NCBI GenBank assembly: GCA_964416765.1
Contig: CAYQEU010000001.1
Location: 549,357-613,356 of the forward strand
Length of the DNA: 64,000 nt
Source of the DNA: an uncultured Candidatus Saccharibacteria bacterium
Lineage (GTDB): Bacteria; Patescibacteriota; Doudnabacteria; UBA920
Reading direction: 5' to 3'
This document shows positions 46,513-56,448 of this stretch, piece after piece (within the stretch, counting starts at the first letter, position 1; every line of letters begins with the position of its first letter). Position numbers and translations under genes: made by a program. A model generated the notes under the pieces. The model was not told the origin of the DNA and did not search any database. It saw nothing but the letters and a program-made list of their open reading frames with translations.

Positions 46513-49500
46513 TACACCCTCACTATACCAAGCCACACCACCGCGCCGCCGATGTCAGCCTGGGTCTCGTAATCCGCTTCGACTTCCAAGGAGGTTTGTA
46601 CTTGGTTAACAAAAGTTTTCCTGCGGTCCACTAACTCCACCAGAGCCCGCTCCATTTTTTCATCCGTAGTAGTGTAGTAAAGATCTACCAGTTCCCCTAC
46701 CTGCAAACCGGCTTTCTTGCGCATGTCCTGGATTTGGCGTTCCAATTTACGGGCCGCGCCCATGGCTTCCAGTTCCGGGGTCAATTCAATATCAAGAAAC
46801 GCCTGTTGTAACCGTCCTTCACCCTCCCCTGTTTTTATAGTTTCCGGACGAATGGAGGCTTTATCGACAATAGAGGTGTCCCATTCCTGGACATTCAACT
46901 CGGCAAGAATTAATTTCACCAGGTCCTTGTCCAAGTCAATGTCCGTCTGCAAACGCGCGGCTACGGCACGGAGGGGTTGGCTCACGGCGATGCTTGATGC
47001 TTTGCGGAGGGCGTGGCCGGCGGTAACAATCTGCCGAGCCAGTTCCATGTCGGACAAAATGGTTTCGTTGCTCGAACTCGGAGCTATCGGCCAGTCTTCC
47101 AAATGGACTGACTCACCGCCGGTCAGGTCACGATAGATAAAGTCGGAGAGGTATGGCATAAACGGTGCCAGGACCTTGCTGGTCTGGACTAATACGTATT
47201 GCAGTACCGCGAGCGCGGTCTTGCCACTGTCATCACCTTGCTTAATGCGGTCACGGCTGCGCCGCAAATACCAGGTAGATAAATCATTAACAAATTCCAC
47301 GATGAGCTTGCCAGCCTTAACTGTATCGTAGTTATCCAGCTCCTTGGTCACTCGGGCGACCAGCTGGTCAAGCAAAGCCAGTACCCATTGGTCGAGGACA
47401 TCCGATGTTTCGGGACGCTCGCCGGGGCTCGTTTCCTTGCTGTACATACGGTAGAACGACCATACATTGTACATCATCATGTTGACCTTGCGGCTGATCT
47501 CAGAAATAGTTTTCTCGGAAAAGTTGATATCTTCACCGTTTATGACCGGGCTTGTCAGCAAGTAAAACCGCAAAGCGTCCGCGCCGTATTTTTCTATAAC
47601 CAAGTTTGGATCCGGGTAATTGTTTTTAGATTTCGACATTTTAGTGCCGTCTTCAGCCAGAATAGTCCCGGTAGTGATGACATTCTTAAACGGAGTGCGT
47701 TCGAATATAATATTAGACACAACATGCATGACGTAGAACCAAGCCCGGGTTTGCGGGATGTATTCCACGACGAAATCCGAAGGGAATCGCTGTTTGAATA
47801 AATCCTGGTTTTCGAACGGGTAGTGGAGTTCGGCAAAAGGCATGGAACCGCTTTCCACCCAGCAGTCGATTACTTCAGGTATGCGAGTCATTGAAGTTTG
47901 ACATTCTTCACACTTCAGTTTCACCTGGTCAATGTAAGGGCGGTGCAAGTCTAGTTTTGCGAACTTCTCCGATTGGTTAAGGTTTTGTTCGTGGGAACCA
48001 GCATCATAATTTATTTCACTGAGGTTGAAGTCGGGGTAAACTTCATTGAAGTTCGTGGATTTTTCAATCAGCTCGCTTACCGAACCTATACAAGTAACAT
48101 TTTTACAATCTTTATTGTCGCACTTCCAGAAAGGCAAAGCGGTAGCCCAGTAGCGGTTGCGGGAAATGTTCCAGTCCGGCGCGTTTTCAATACCAAGCTT
48201 GAACCGTCCGTACTTTAAATGCTCGGGGTACCAGTTAATGCTTTCATTCTGCTCCAACAATTGCGGCTTGAGCTTTTGGATATTGATAAACCAGGCTGGC
48301 AAAGCGTTGTAGAACAGCGGGGTGCCGCAGCGGTAACAGTGGGGGTAGCTGTGGGTGTACGGGAGCGCTTTATAGAGCTGGTTCTTCTCCTGTAAGACTT
48401 TGATGACTATGGGGTCAGCGTCCTTGAAAAACACGCCGCGGAGATGTTGGGGCGCAATGTCCATGTACTGGCCTTTATGATCAAGCATTTCCACGCGCGG
48501 CAATTCCTTCTCTTTGGCCAGCTTATAGTCGTCTTCCCCGTACATGGCGGCATTGTGCACTACGCCGGTACCATCCGTAGTGGTGACGAAATCAGCAATA
48601 TATATTTTATGAGCGCGTCCCGATTCATCAACAATAACTCCGGGGAATAATGGTTCATAAACCAACCCTTCGAGTGACCGGGCCGAACATTCCATCTTTA
48701 TCTCATATTCCCCTTCCAAAACTTCCAAACGTTCCTTCGCTAGAATGTAGTTTTCCCCATTTTGTTCCACTACAACATATGTTATGTCGCCGCCAATGTT
48801 TAAGGAAGTGTTCCCGGGCAATGTCCACGGGGTGGTAGTCCATGCCAGGGCATAAGTGTTTTCATCGGTCAACCAGTCCACAATACGTTGGCGCGCAGGC
48901 AACTTGAATTTAACAAAAACAGATTCTTCCGTAATATCACGGTAACTGTTATCCATGGCCACCTCAAAATTAGAGATTGGGGTTTCGCACCGGCTGCAGT
49001 AAAGCAAGACTTTCCTGTCTTCATAAATCAAACCCTTGTCCCAAGTCTTTTTTAAGCCCCACCACACGCTTTCCATGAAGGAGGTATCCATGGTTTTGTA
49101 GGAATTTTCGAAATCAACCCAGCGGGCAACTCGGGAAATGGTTTTACCCCATTCTTCCGCGTAGCTCAGCACATTCTGGCGGCAAGTCTCATTAAACTTC
49201 GCGACTCCGATTTCTTCAATCTGTTTTTTACCGGAAATACCGAGCTGTTGCTCAACAATATTTTCGATGGGCAAACCGTGGCAGTCCCAACCCCAACGGC
49301 GCCGGACAAAACGTCCGCGCATGGTCTGGTAGCGGGGAATGGCGTCTTTTACCACCGACGGCAAAATACTGCCGTAGTGGGGCAGTCCGGTGGCGAAAGG
49401 CGGGCCATCATAAAAAATATAGGGTTCCCCATCGCGGGTTTTTTCCAGGGATTTCTCAAAGACCCGGTTGTCCTTCCAGTATTGCTGGATGGACTTTTCC

Positions 49501-49550
49501 AGTTCGTCAAAGTTCGGGGTATTGGATTGTGGCTTTTCGGTGTCAGTCAT
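46512..49550 (-). CDS. ileS: Isoleucyl-tRNA synthetase (type 2, eukaryote-like)
   Basis: HIGH-region PPFATGLPHYGS and KMSKS motif; 1012 aa. Confidence 0.9.
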   Translation of the reverse strand: MTDTEKPQSNTPNFDELEKSIQQYWKDNRVFEKSLEKTRDGEPYIFYDGPPFATGLPHYGSILPSVVKDAIPRYQTMRGRFVRRRWGWDCHGLPIENIVEQQLGISGKKQIEEIGVAKFNETCRQNVLSYAEEWGKTISRVARWVDFENSYKTMDTSFMESVWWGLKKTWDKGLIYEDRKVLLYCSRCETPISNFEVAMDNSYRDITEESVFVKFKLPARQRIVDWLTDENTYALAWTTTPWTLPGNTSLNIGGDITYVVVEQNGENYILAKERLEVLEGEYEIKMECSARSLEGLVYEPLFPGVIVDESGRAHKIYIADFVTTTDGTGVVHNAAMYGEDDYKLAKEKELPRVEMLDHKGQYMDIAPQHLRGVFFKDADPIVIKVLQEKNQLYKALPYTHSYPHCYRCGTPLFYNALPAWFINIQKLKPQLLEQNESINWYPEHLKYGRFKLGIENAPDWNISRNRYWATALPFWKCDNKDCKNVTCIGSVSELIEKSTNFNEVYPDFNLSEINYDAGSHEQNLNQSEKFAKLDLHRPYIDQVKLKCEECQTSMTRIPEVIDCWVESGSMPFAELHYPFENQDLFKQRFPSDFVVEYIPQTRAWFYVMHVVSNIIFERTPFKNVITTGTILAEDGTKMSKSKNNYPDPNLVIEKYGADALRFYLLTSPVINGEDINFSEKTISEISRKVNMMMYNVWSFYRMYSKETSPGERPETSDVLDQWVLALLDQLVARVTKELDNYDTVKAGKLIVEFVNDLSTWYLRRSRDRIKQGDDSGKTALAVLQYVLVQTSKVLAPFMPYLSDFIYRDLTGGESVHLEDWPIAPSSSNETILSDMELARQIVTAGHALRKASSIAVSQPLRAVAARLQTDIDLDKDLVKLILAELNVQEWDTSIVDKASIRPETIKTGEGEGRLQQAFLDIELTPELEAMGAARKLERQIQDMRKKAGLQVGELVDLYYTTTDEKMERALVELVDRRKTFVNQVQTSLEVEADYETQADIGGAVVWLGIVRV

Positions 49551-49563
49551 AGATTTATAGTTA

Positions 49564-51306
49564 TTACATTCGTTCAGGGGCCGTGATGCCCAGCAGGCCC
49601 AAGCCGTGGCTTAAGACATTGGCAGTGGCTTCAAGCAAAGCGAGGCGCTGTATCCTAATTTTCGGGTCGCTTTCCTTAATAATCGGCACGTCGTTGTAAA
49701 ACCCATTAAACGCGCTGGCTAACTCATGAAGATAATTGCATAGCAAGTTGGGTTTGTACTCCGAGGCGGCTGCGATAATGGCGTTTTCGTAGCGATTGAG
49801 CAAACGCATGAGGTTCAGTTCCGGTTCGCCTGAAAGACTTTCTATCTTGGGCGCGGCCGCTTCCCCGGCTTTTTCAAAAATACTTTTGATGCGGGCATGG
49901 GCGTACTGGATATATGGCCCGGTATTGCCCTCCAAGGAAATGGTTTGTTCGATATCAAAGTAAATCCTGGTCTGGGGTTCATAGTGCAAGTAGCCATACT
50001 TAATGGCGCCATAAGCAATTGATTCAACCAAGGCCTCATCGTCAGCCGAACCCTTCAGGCGCTCCAGAGTAGCCATGGTTTGCTTCACCCGGTCTTTCAC
50101 GCTCTCGAGCAGGCCGTCCGAAGTAATGGCATTACCTGACCGGGATGACATCTTGTCCTTGCCTAGGTAAACATGTTCGTAGGGCAAGTGGCGGAAGTTT
50201 TTTGACCAAGGGTATTCAAGCAACTCAAAAATGCGGCGGAGTACTTCAAAATGGTACGACTGTTCGCTTGCGGTGGTGACAATGGCCAGGTCAGGACTAT
50301 GCCGCCTGTTGCGAAGATCCCACAAATACATGTCCTGCGTTATGTAAATGGTGGTGCCGTCTTTCCGGAGCAAATATTTTTTGCCCAAATGCTCCTCCGG
50401 GAATGACACGCTCACGCTCCCGTCTTTTTCCTGCTGAAAAATTCCCTTCTCTACTCCAGACATGACTAAGTCACGCCCTTTGTCATAGATTTCACTTTCA
50501 AAATCAACTTCGTCAAAGGTAGTGCCTTCCTTTTCGTAGGTTTCTTTTACGCCTTCAAAAAACCAAGCGTTCATTTTTTCCCATAAGGCGCGGACTTCCT
50601 GATCCCCGGCTTCCCAGCGGCGGAGCAGTTCCTGAGCTTCATCATTGAGTTCTTGCTCTGACTGTTGGTTCACCGAAGATTTTTCACCAAACATTTTATA
50701 AAAATGCCCCACGAAATGGTCCGGTTTCATCCCCGCTTGCTCAGGGTTTTGCCCATCGCCAAATTTCATATACATGAGCACGCTCTTCATTATGTGAATA
50801 CCGCGGTCGTTGATAATTTCGCAGGTAGTCACGTCATACCCCAGCGCCTGCAGTAAGTTAATACAGGCCTTGCCGTAAACATCATTGCGGACATGGCCGA
50901 TGTGCAGGGGCTTGTTGGTGTTCGGGCTGGAATACTCAAAAACTACTTTCTTTCCTTCGCCGATTTTCGGTCCCCCCATGAACTCACCAGCTTTGAGCTG
51001 GGTGGTGCGCTCGGCAAGGGCCATGCCAGATAGCTTAAAGTTTATAAAACCGCCCGCGGCCTGAACGGACTCAAATTTATTTGCTGCGGCTTGGTCCGCC
51101 GCTGTAAGCTTTTCTGCTAAATCTGTTGCTATGGCGTTGGGGTTAGCCTTAAGCTGGCTGGCCAGCCGCATGGCAACATTGGTAAAGTAATCGCCGTGGG
51201 CGAGCTCAGGCAAACCCACTTCAATTCCGGGAATGTCCTGAAGTTTTCCGGCGGCCTGCATTTCACTCAAAATGCCCTGTAATAGCTGTAAAACGTACTG
51301 TTTCAT
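49564..51306 (-). CDS. argS: Arginyl-tRNA synthetase
   Basis: SSPNTNKPLHIGHVRN HIGH motif; 580 aa; ArgRS-type N-terminal domain. Confidence 0.9.
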   Translation of the reverse strand: MKQYVLQLLQGILSEMQAAGKLQDIPGIEVGLPELAHGDYFTNVAMRLASQLKANPNAIATDLAEKLTAADQAAANKFESVQAAGGFINFKLSGMALAERTTQLKAGEFMGGPKIGEGKKVVFEYSSPNTNKPLHIGHVRNDVYGKACINLLQALGYDVTTCEIINDRGIHIMKSVLMYMKFGDGQNPEQAGMKPDHFVGHFYKMFGEKSSVNQQSEQELNDEAQELLRRWEAGDQEVRALWEKMNAWFFEGVKETYEKEGTTFDEVDFESEIYDKGRDLVMSGVEKGIFQQEKDGSVSVSFPEEHLGKKYLLRKDGTTIYITQDMYLWDLRNRRHSPDLAIVTTASEQSYHFEVLRRIFELLEYPWSKNFRHLPYEHVYLGKDKMSSRSGNAITSDGLLESVKDRVKQTMATLERLKGSADDEALVESIAYGAIKYGYLHYEPQTRIYFDIEQTISLEGNTGPYIQYAHARIKSIFEKAGEAAAPKIESLSGEPELNLMRLLNRYENAIIAAASEYKPNLLCNYLHELASAFNGFYNDVPIIKESDPKIRIQRLALLEATANVLSHGLGLLGITAPERM

Positions 51307-51494
51307 AGAGGTAATTATAGCATAATTTCAGGCACAAATTTGACAGTATTTCGGGTTATGCTAGAGTTAAACCAGTATGAATATATCAGCTACCTTTACC
51401 TATAACTGGCATTTCTTCAGCTTTTCCCTAAAGCCGGTTTTTGGTTATGTAGCTATCAGATAGTACCACCAGGTACAAATCAGCATTCTACCTA

Positions 51495-51515
51495 CCGGCT
51501 CAGGCCGGTTTTTTT
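51495..51515 (+). terminator. Terminator-like hairpin 14 nt upstream of the HAD gene start (candidate attenuator or sRNA 3' end)
   Basis: CCGGC-TCAG-GCCGG followed by a run of 7 T. Confidence 0.4.
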
Positions 51516-51529
51516 ATTAATACACGCAA

Positions 51530-51985
51530 ATGAACAAAGTAATCATTTTTGATTTTAACAGGACAATATACGATCCCGAACAGCGCAGTCTCATTGCCGG
51601 GGCTTTGGCTATGCTTAAAGAACTCATCGGGCAGGGATTCCAGCTGCACCTGATTAGTATGGCTGCGCCATCACGGGAAGAGCTCATCAGGAATTTGGGC
51701 CTGCATTCGTTTTTTGAATCGGTTACCCTTTGTGAACATAAGAGCCTGCAAATATTTGAACAAATCCTAAAAGAGGCCGAAGCGGACATCCATCAAAGTT
51801 TCGCCGTGGGCGACCGGGTCAAAAAGGAACTTTATTTTGCCAACCAATTGGGCTTGCCTACTGTCTGGTACCGACAGGGCCGGTTCGCCGCCGAGCTCCC
51901 CGAAACCATGGCGGAGCATCCCACTTACATCGCGCATTCCCTTAGCGAAATCCCGCGCATAGTGGCCAGGCATACAAACCCTTAA
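51530..51985 (+). CDS. HAD-superfamily hydrolase-like protein
   Basis: Motif I-like IIFDFNRTIYD, motif hhhS(M) and a C-terminal Asp box (GDRVKKELYFA). Confidence 0.45.
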   Translation: MNKVIIFDFNRTIYDPEQRSLIAGALAMLKELIGQGFQLHLISMAAPSREELIRNLGLHSFFESVTLCEHKSLQIFEQILKEAEADIHQSFAVGDRVKKELYFANQLGLPTVWYRQGRFAAELPETMAEHPTYIAHSLSEIPRIVARHTNP

Positions 51986-52070
51986 TGACAGTGCGGAGTT
52001 GGAGATGCATAACCAACTCCCCGCTGCCATTAAGCAGCAAGAAACAAAAAACAAAACTTAAGGAGTGGTT

Positions 52071-53363
52071 ATGACACAAGAACTGCATGAACGACTGCGT
52101 AAAGTGGTCTCGGAAACCGGCTTGTGGAATGGGGGCGCGGGCAATCGCGCGTTCCTCCTTTCCCCTTCGGTATATGAACTGACCGCCGACAAGGCGACGG
52201 AGCTGGCCCTACTGGGTCAATCCATTAAATCCTGCTTTGCGGGACTCAACGGGATGGCGGCGGAAGTCTCCAATCCCAAAAACGGGCATTCCCGCGCCTG
52301 GCGTATCGCCCGTGCCGCTTTTACGAACGGGGTCTCCAAGCTATACGGCAACCTGCAAAGGGCGAACCCTCACCACGAGCCGCTGATTACCAAAGTGGAC
52401 TTGATGGAGGACAAGCAGGGCAACTACCTTATAGCGGAAATTGACGGCTACAACCCGCGCGGGATGGGATATTCGACGCTCGCCTCCTATCTCGCCAGGA
52501 CGGTATCCGACCAACCCCGGCTTCCGGGAGTGGCGGCGTGTCTCGCCCGTGAGTTACTCGCGGAGGGAGTGGATAAGGTTACATTCCTGTACGCCGACAA
52601 CGAACGGTTTTACCTTCCCGAGTTCACTATCTTCCAAAAAGAAATGGCAAACCACGGGGTTCAGGTAATTCTAGTTTCGGAATTGGACGACGTACTCCAC
52701 CCTTTGACGGAATACTACGTTGTCCTGCCGCAACTCAACCGCAAGCCCGCGCTGGGATCCCAACTGGCGCAGCTATATCTGGAAGACAAAGTGTTCTTCC
52801 TCATTCCGCCCAAACCCTACCTCGGCTCAAAATCCGTTCTCGCCCTGCTCAAAAACGAGGATGGCGTGGAAGAACTGGAAAACCTGCTCTGCTCCTACAT
52901 TCCCCTGCCTGAACTGGAGCGGGTCCGCCGTCACATTCCCGAAACCTACCTTGTGGGGAAAAACCCGCTCAAGCATTCGGCGCGGGCGGTCAGGAACTCA
53001 CTGGGCTTAACTTTGTGGGAAGAAGCACTCGCCTCCGCCCCCAGAGAATTCGTCCTGAAACGTTCCATCTCCAGCGGGATGAAAGGTGTGTTTTTTGCCG
53101 ACGACCACCAGTACGAATCCGCGCTGGTGGAAGCAGGCAACGCGCAAGGCTGCTTTGTGCTTCAGCGCGAAGTCGAACAGCTCGACCGCTGTTTCTCCTG
53201 CTTCACGGCGGAGGGAGCCGAAGCCGCTCACGACAACTGGCACACCCGTGTTACCGCGCATTACATTGCCGGTAATTTGGCTGACATCGTTGTAACGGCG
53301 CGCCGGGACAAAAGAGTCCACGGCTCAACGGACTGCCTTCAACTGGGAACCGTTCTTGTTTAA
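52071..53363 (+). CDS. ATP-grasp-like (glutathionylspermidine synthase-like / circularly permuted ATP-grasp) protein, probably horizontally acquired
   Basis: 431 aa; GC content visibly higher than neighbours; strong SD AAGGAG 5 nt upstream of the ATG. The family assignment is weak. Confidence 0.35.
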   Translation: MTQELHERLRKVVSETGLWNGGAGNRAFLLSPSVYELTADKATELALLGQSIKSCFAGLNGMAAEVSNPKNGHSRAWRIARAAFTNGVSKLYGNLQRANPHHEPLITKVDLMEDKQGNYLIAEIDGYNPRGMGYSTLASYLARTVSDQPRLPGVAACLARELLAEGVDKVTFLYADNERFYLPEFTIFQKEMANHGVQVILVSELDDVLHPLTEYYVVLPQLNRKPALGSQLAQLYLEDKVFFLIPPKPYLGSKSVLALLKNEDGVEELENLLCSYIPLPELERVRRHIPETYLVGKNPLKHSARAVRNSLGLTLWEEALASAPREFVLKRSISSGMKGVFFADDHQYESALVEAGNAQGCFVLQREVEQLDRCFSCFTAEGAEAAHDNWHTRVTAHYIAGNLADIVVTARRDKRVHGSTDCLQLGTVLV

Positions 53364-53465
53364 TTGGCTCTATATAATAGAGCATCAAAAGCCTGGTTTA
53401 ACCAACCACGGCTTTTCTTTTTGCTTAATTTTGTTTTATTCCCTGACAAAAGGTAAACTTAATAT

Positions 53466-54050
53466 ATGGTTTTACCACTCGATCGAATAATCCAGCTTCT
53501 GGAAGAATCAAAATACCTCCTGCTTTTTCCAATATCAATTATGGAAGGGCCCATTGTCAGCATTTTGGCTGGTTTTATTTCTTCCCTGGGAAAAATGAAC
53601 CCCTTCATCGCCACCGGGATTGTCATATTGGGCGACCTAACGGGCGACACCGCATACTATTTAATCGGGCGCTATGGGCGGAAGGGCATAATTTTAAAAT
53701 ACGGCAGGTTTTTGGGGATTACGGAAGCCAACGTAAACCGTATGGACGACCATTTTGAAAAGAACACCGGCAAGACGTTACTGTTTGGCAAGTTTGCCCA
53801 CGCCCTGGGCACCCCAATCCTGTTCGCGGCTGGTATAGCAAAAGTTCCCTTCGGCCGTTTCCTCCTATACAACTTCGTGGGAACCGTTCCCAAATCGGCC
53901 GTACTCGTTTTGATAGGTTATTACTTTGGCAGCAGTTACCAAAAAATTAACGGCTACTTCGACAACGCCACTTACATTGGCATCGGCATAGCCGTCGTGC
54001 TGGTAATAGCTTACGTGCTGTTTACCCGCTACGCGAGGGAGAAGGTATGA
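53466..54050 (+). CDS. dedA: DedA/VTT-domain membrane protein
   Basis: Characteristic DedA pattern (LLFPISIMEGPIV...GKFAHALGTPILFAAGIAKVPFGRFLLYNFVG). Confidence 0.8.
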   Translation: MVLPLDRIIQLLEESKYLLLFPISIMEGPIVSILAGFISSLGKMNPFIATGIVILGDLTGDTAYYLIGRYGRKGIILKYGRFLGITEANVNRMDDHFEKNTGKTLLFGKFAHALGTPILFAAGIAKVPFGRFLLYNFVGTVPKSAVLVLIGYYFGSSYQKINGYFDNATYIGIGIAVVLVIAYVLFTRYAREKV

Positions 54051-55234
54051 GAATAGCCATGTTCACCGAAAACTTCTACCCGGAGTTGAGCGGCATCAGC
54101 GATTCCATAATGACAATTTCCAAAGCGCTGGCCAGCCGCGGCCATGAGCTGCATATTTTCGCGCCCCGTTACTCAAAGAAAAATTACGTCCATCTTAAAT
54201 TGGATTACAAAGAACCCGATCTGGGCGAAGGCGTGCATTTCCACCGCTTGTTTTCTTTTCCTTTCCCTGGCCCCACCGGACAGGCCCGTTTGGTTATCCC
54301 AACAGGGCTTCGAACCCTGGCCGTAAAAAAAATCCAACCTGACGTCATACATACTCATATGTTTTTCGGCGTTGGATGGGAAGGATTGCTGGCAGCCAAA
54401 ATACTGGGACTTCCTTTCATGGGCACGAGCCACACGCCAATTGGTGAATTCGTTAAATACTCCCCGCTCCATGGCAAATTCTTTACCGCGCTAAGTGAAC
54501 GCGCGGTGGCATGGTACTACAACCGCTGTGACTTCGTTTCTGCCCCGTCCCAATCCGTTCTGGATGAGATGGCGCAGTACGGATTCCGCAAGCCGCATCA
54601 AGTTTTGTCCAACCCAATCCAGCTGGATAGCTTTAAGCCGGTGGACACTCAAACAAAGCACAAACTCAAGGAAAAGTTCGGGCTAGGCGAGCGCTCTATT
54701 CTGTACACTGGCCGTCTGGCGGAAGAAAAGCACATTGATGTCATCCTGCGCGCTTTTGCCCTGGCGAAAGGAAAGCATCCTGGCTTGACCCTCGCCATCA
54801 CGGGACGCGGCCAGGCGGAAAGGGACCTCAAAAATCTGGCCAAAAGCTTGAGCGTGGCAGATTCGGTAAAATTCCTTGGTTTCCTTGATGACACCCAGTT
54901 TGCCGAACTCTACCAGGCATCTGATATTTTCGCCATTGCCAGCACCGCCGAAACCCAAAGCATTGCCCTCATGCAGGCCCTGTCCACCGGAATTCCCTCG
55001 GTGGTAGTAAACGCGCGCGCGCTCCCTCAGTACGTTAACGAATCCAACGGTTTCGTGGTCCCCATCGGCGACTTCCAAACAATGGCCGCCCGGTTTAATG
55101 AGCTAATTGATGACGAACAGGTATATAATAAGCTTAGCAAGGGTGCCAAGGTTTCCGTGGCCTCCCTTTCCATAGACAAAATCGCCGACGAATGGGAACA
55201 GCTATATACGATGATCATTAAACAAAAACCATGA
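54047..55234 (+). CDS. Glycosyltransferase family 4 (GT-B fold)
   Basis: EX7E-type motif region (ASTAETQSIALMQALSTGIPSVV); 395 aa; ATGA overlap with dedA. Confidence 0.8.
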   Translation: MRIAMFTENFYPELSGISDSIMTISKALASRGHELHIFAPRYSKKNYVHLKLDYKEPDLGEGVHFHRLFSFPFPGPTGQARLVIPTGLRTLAVKKIQPDVIHTHMFFGVGWEGLLAAKILGLPFMGTSHTPIGEFVKYSPLHGKFFTALSERAVAWYYNRCDFVSAPSQSVLDEMAQYGFRKPHQVLSNPIQLDSFKPVDTQTKHKLKEKFGLGERSILYTGRLAEEKHIDVILRAFALAKGKHPGLTLAITGRGQAERDLKNLAKSLSVADSVKFLGFLDDTQFAELYQASDIFAIASTAETQSIALMQALSTGIPSVVVNARALPQYVNESNGFVVPIGDFQTMAARFNELIDDEQVYNKLSKGAKVSVASLSIDKIADEWEQLYTMIIKQKP

Positions 55235-55968
55235 AGTTAAGTTTCGTTATCCCCGCTTACAACGAAGAGAACTATGTGGGAGAATGTCTCAAGGCCATTG
55301 CCGCCGAAACTGCAGGTGCCCAATACGACACCGAAGTCATTGTGGTTAACAACGCCAGTACTGATAACACCAAAGCCATTGCGGAGCGGTTCCCCGGAGT
55401 AATAGTAGTGGATGAGATGCAAAAAGGTTTGGTTAAAGCCCGCCACGCCGGTTTCGTGCGCGCCACCGGGGAAATAATCGCCAATATCGATTCCGACACC
55501 AGGATCAGCAAAGGCTGGCTGAAAAAAGTGATGTCGCAGTTCGAAGAGCACCCCAGGTTAGTAGCCCTCAGCGGACCATTCGTTTATTACGACATGTCGG
55601 CGGAATTTAATTTTGTCGTTCATCTCTACTACTATATTGCTTACTTGATGTATCTGGTGAACCGGTTTGTCCTGCGGCACGGCAGCCTCCTCCAGGGCGG
55701 CAATTTCGTGGTCAAAAAAACCGCGCTCCAGCAGGTGGGCGGCTTCGATACCAGCATCGATTTTTTCGGCGAAGACGCGGATGTCGCCCGGCGCATGGTC
55801 AAAGCCGGCCAGGTAAAATTTATGCTTGGTCTGAAAGCCTACTCCTCCGGCCGCCGCCTCGCCGGCGAAGGAGCACTCAAGACCGGTTGGAAGTATCTGG
55901 TAAATTATGTTTGGATAATGCTGCTTGGAAGGCCCTACCACACCGCGTCATCCGACTTCAGAAAATAA
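55231..55968 (+). CDS. Glycosyltransferase family 2
   Basis: N-terminal SFVIPAYNEE, VIVVNNASTDNT, DSDT motifs typical of GT2. Confidence 0.8.
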   Translation: MKLSFVIPAYNEENYVGECLKAIAAETAGAQYDTEVIVVNNASTDNTKAIAERFPGVIVVDEMQKGLVKARHAGFVRATGEIIANIDSDTRISKGWLKKVMSQFEEHPRLVALSGPFVYYDMSAEFNFVVHLYYYIAYLMYLVNRFVLRHGSLLQGGNFVVKKTALQQVGGFDTSIDFFGEDADVARRMVKAGQVKFMLGLKAYSSGRRLAGEGALKTGWKYLVNYVWIMLLGRPYHTASSDFRK

Positions 55969-56018
55969 TCGCCCCAAGGGCGATTTTTTTATCCCCCAAA
56001 CAATGTTAAAATTAACCC

Positions 56019-56447
56019 ATGGCGCTAATCGCAAAGAACAAACGAGCCACATTTGATTACGACATCAAGGATACTTTTGATGCCGGTTTAGTATTGTCCG
56101 GTGCCGAAGTGAAATCCGCCAAAGCCGGCAACCTGTCCATGACAGGCAGCTACGTGACCGTCGCGCAAAACGGCGCCAACCTCGTGGCCCTGCACATTGG
56201 CCCTTATCCCTACGCCCCCAATGAGGGCTACAACCCCACCCGTACCCGGCAGCTGCTCCTCAACAAATCCGAACTAAACTCGCTAATAGGCAAAGAGAAA
56301 GGGTTGGCTATCATTCCATTGGAAATATTCCACAACAACCGCGGCCTGGTCAAAGTCAAAATCGGACTGGGTCGGCCGCGCAAAAAAGAAGACAAACGCG
56401 ACTACCTCAAGAAGCGCGAAGATATCCGCGAAATCCGAGAAACCTAA
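56019..56447 (+). CDS. smpB: SsrA-binding protein
   Basis: 142 aa with a canonical SmpB sequence (ATFDYDIKDTFDAGLVLSGAEVKS...GLGRPRKKEDKRD). Extended -10 TGTTAAAAT lies 6 nt upstream of the ATG. Confidence 0.9.
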   Translation: MALIAKNKRATFDYDIKDTFDAGLVLSGAEVKSAKAGNLSMTGSYVTVAQNGANLVALHIGPYPYAPNEGYNPTRTRQLLLNKSELNSLIGKEKGLAIIPLEIFHNNRGLVKVKIGLGRPRKKEDKRDYLKKREDIREIRET

Positions 56448-56448
56448 A

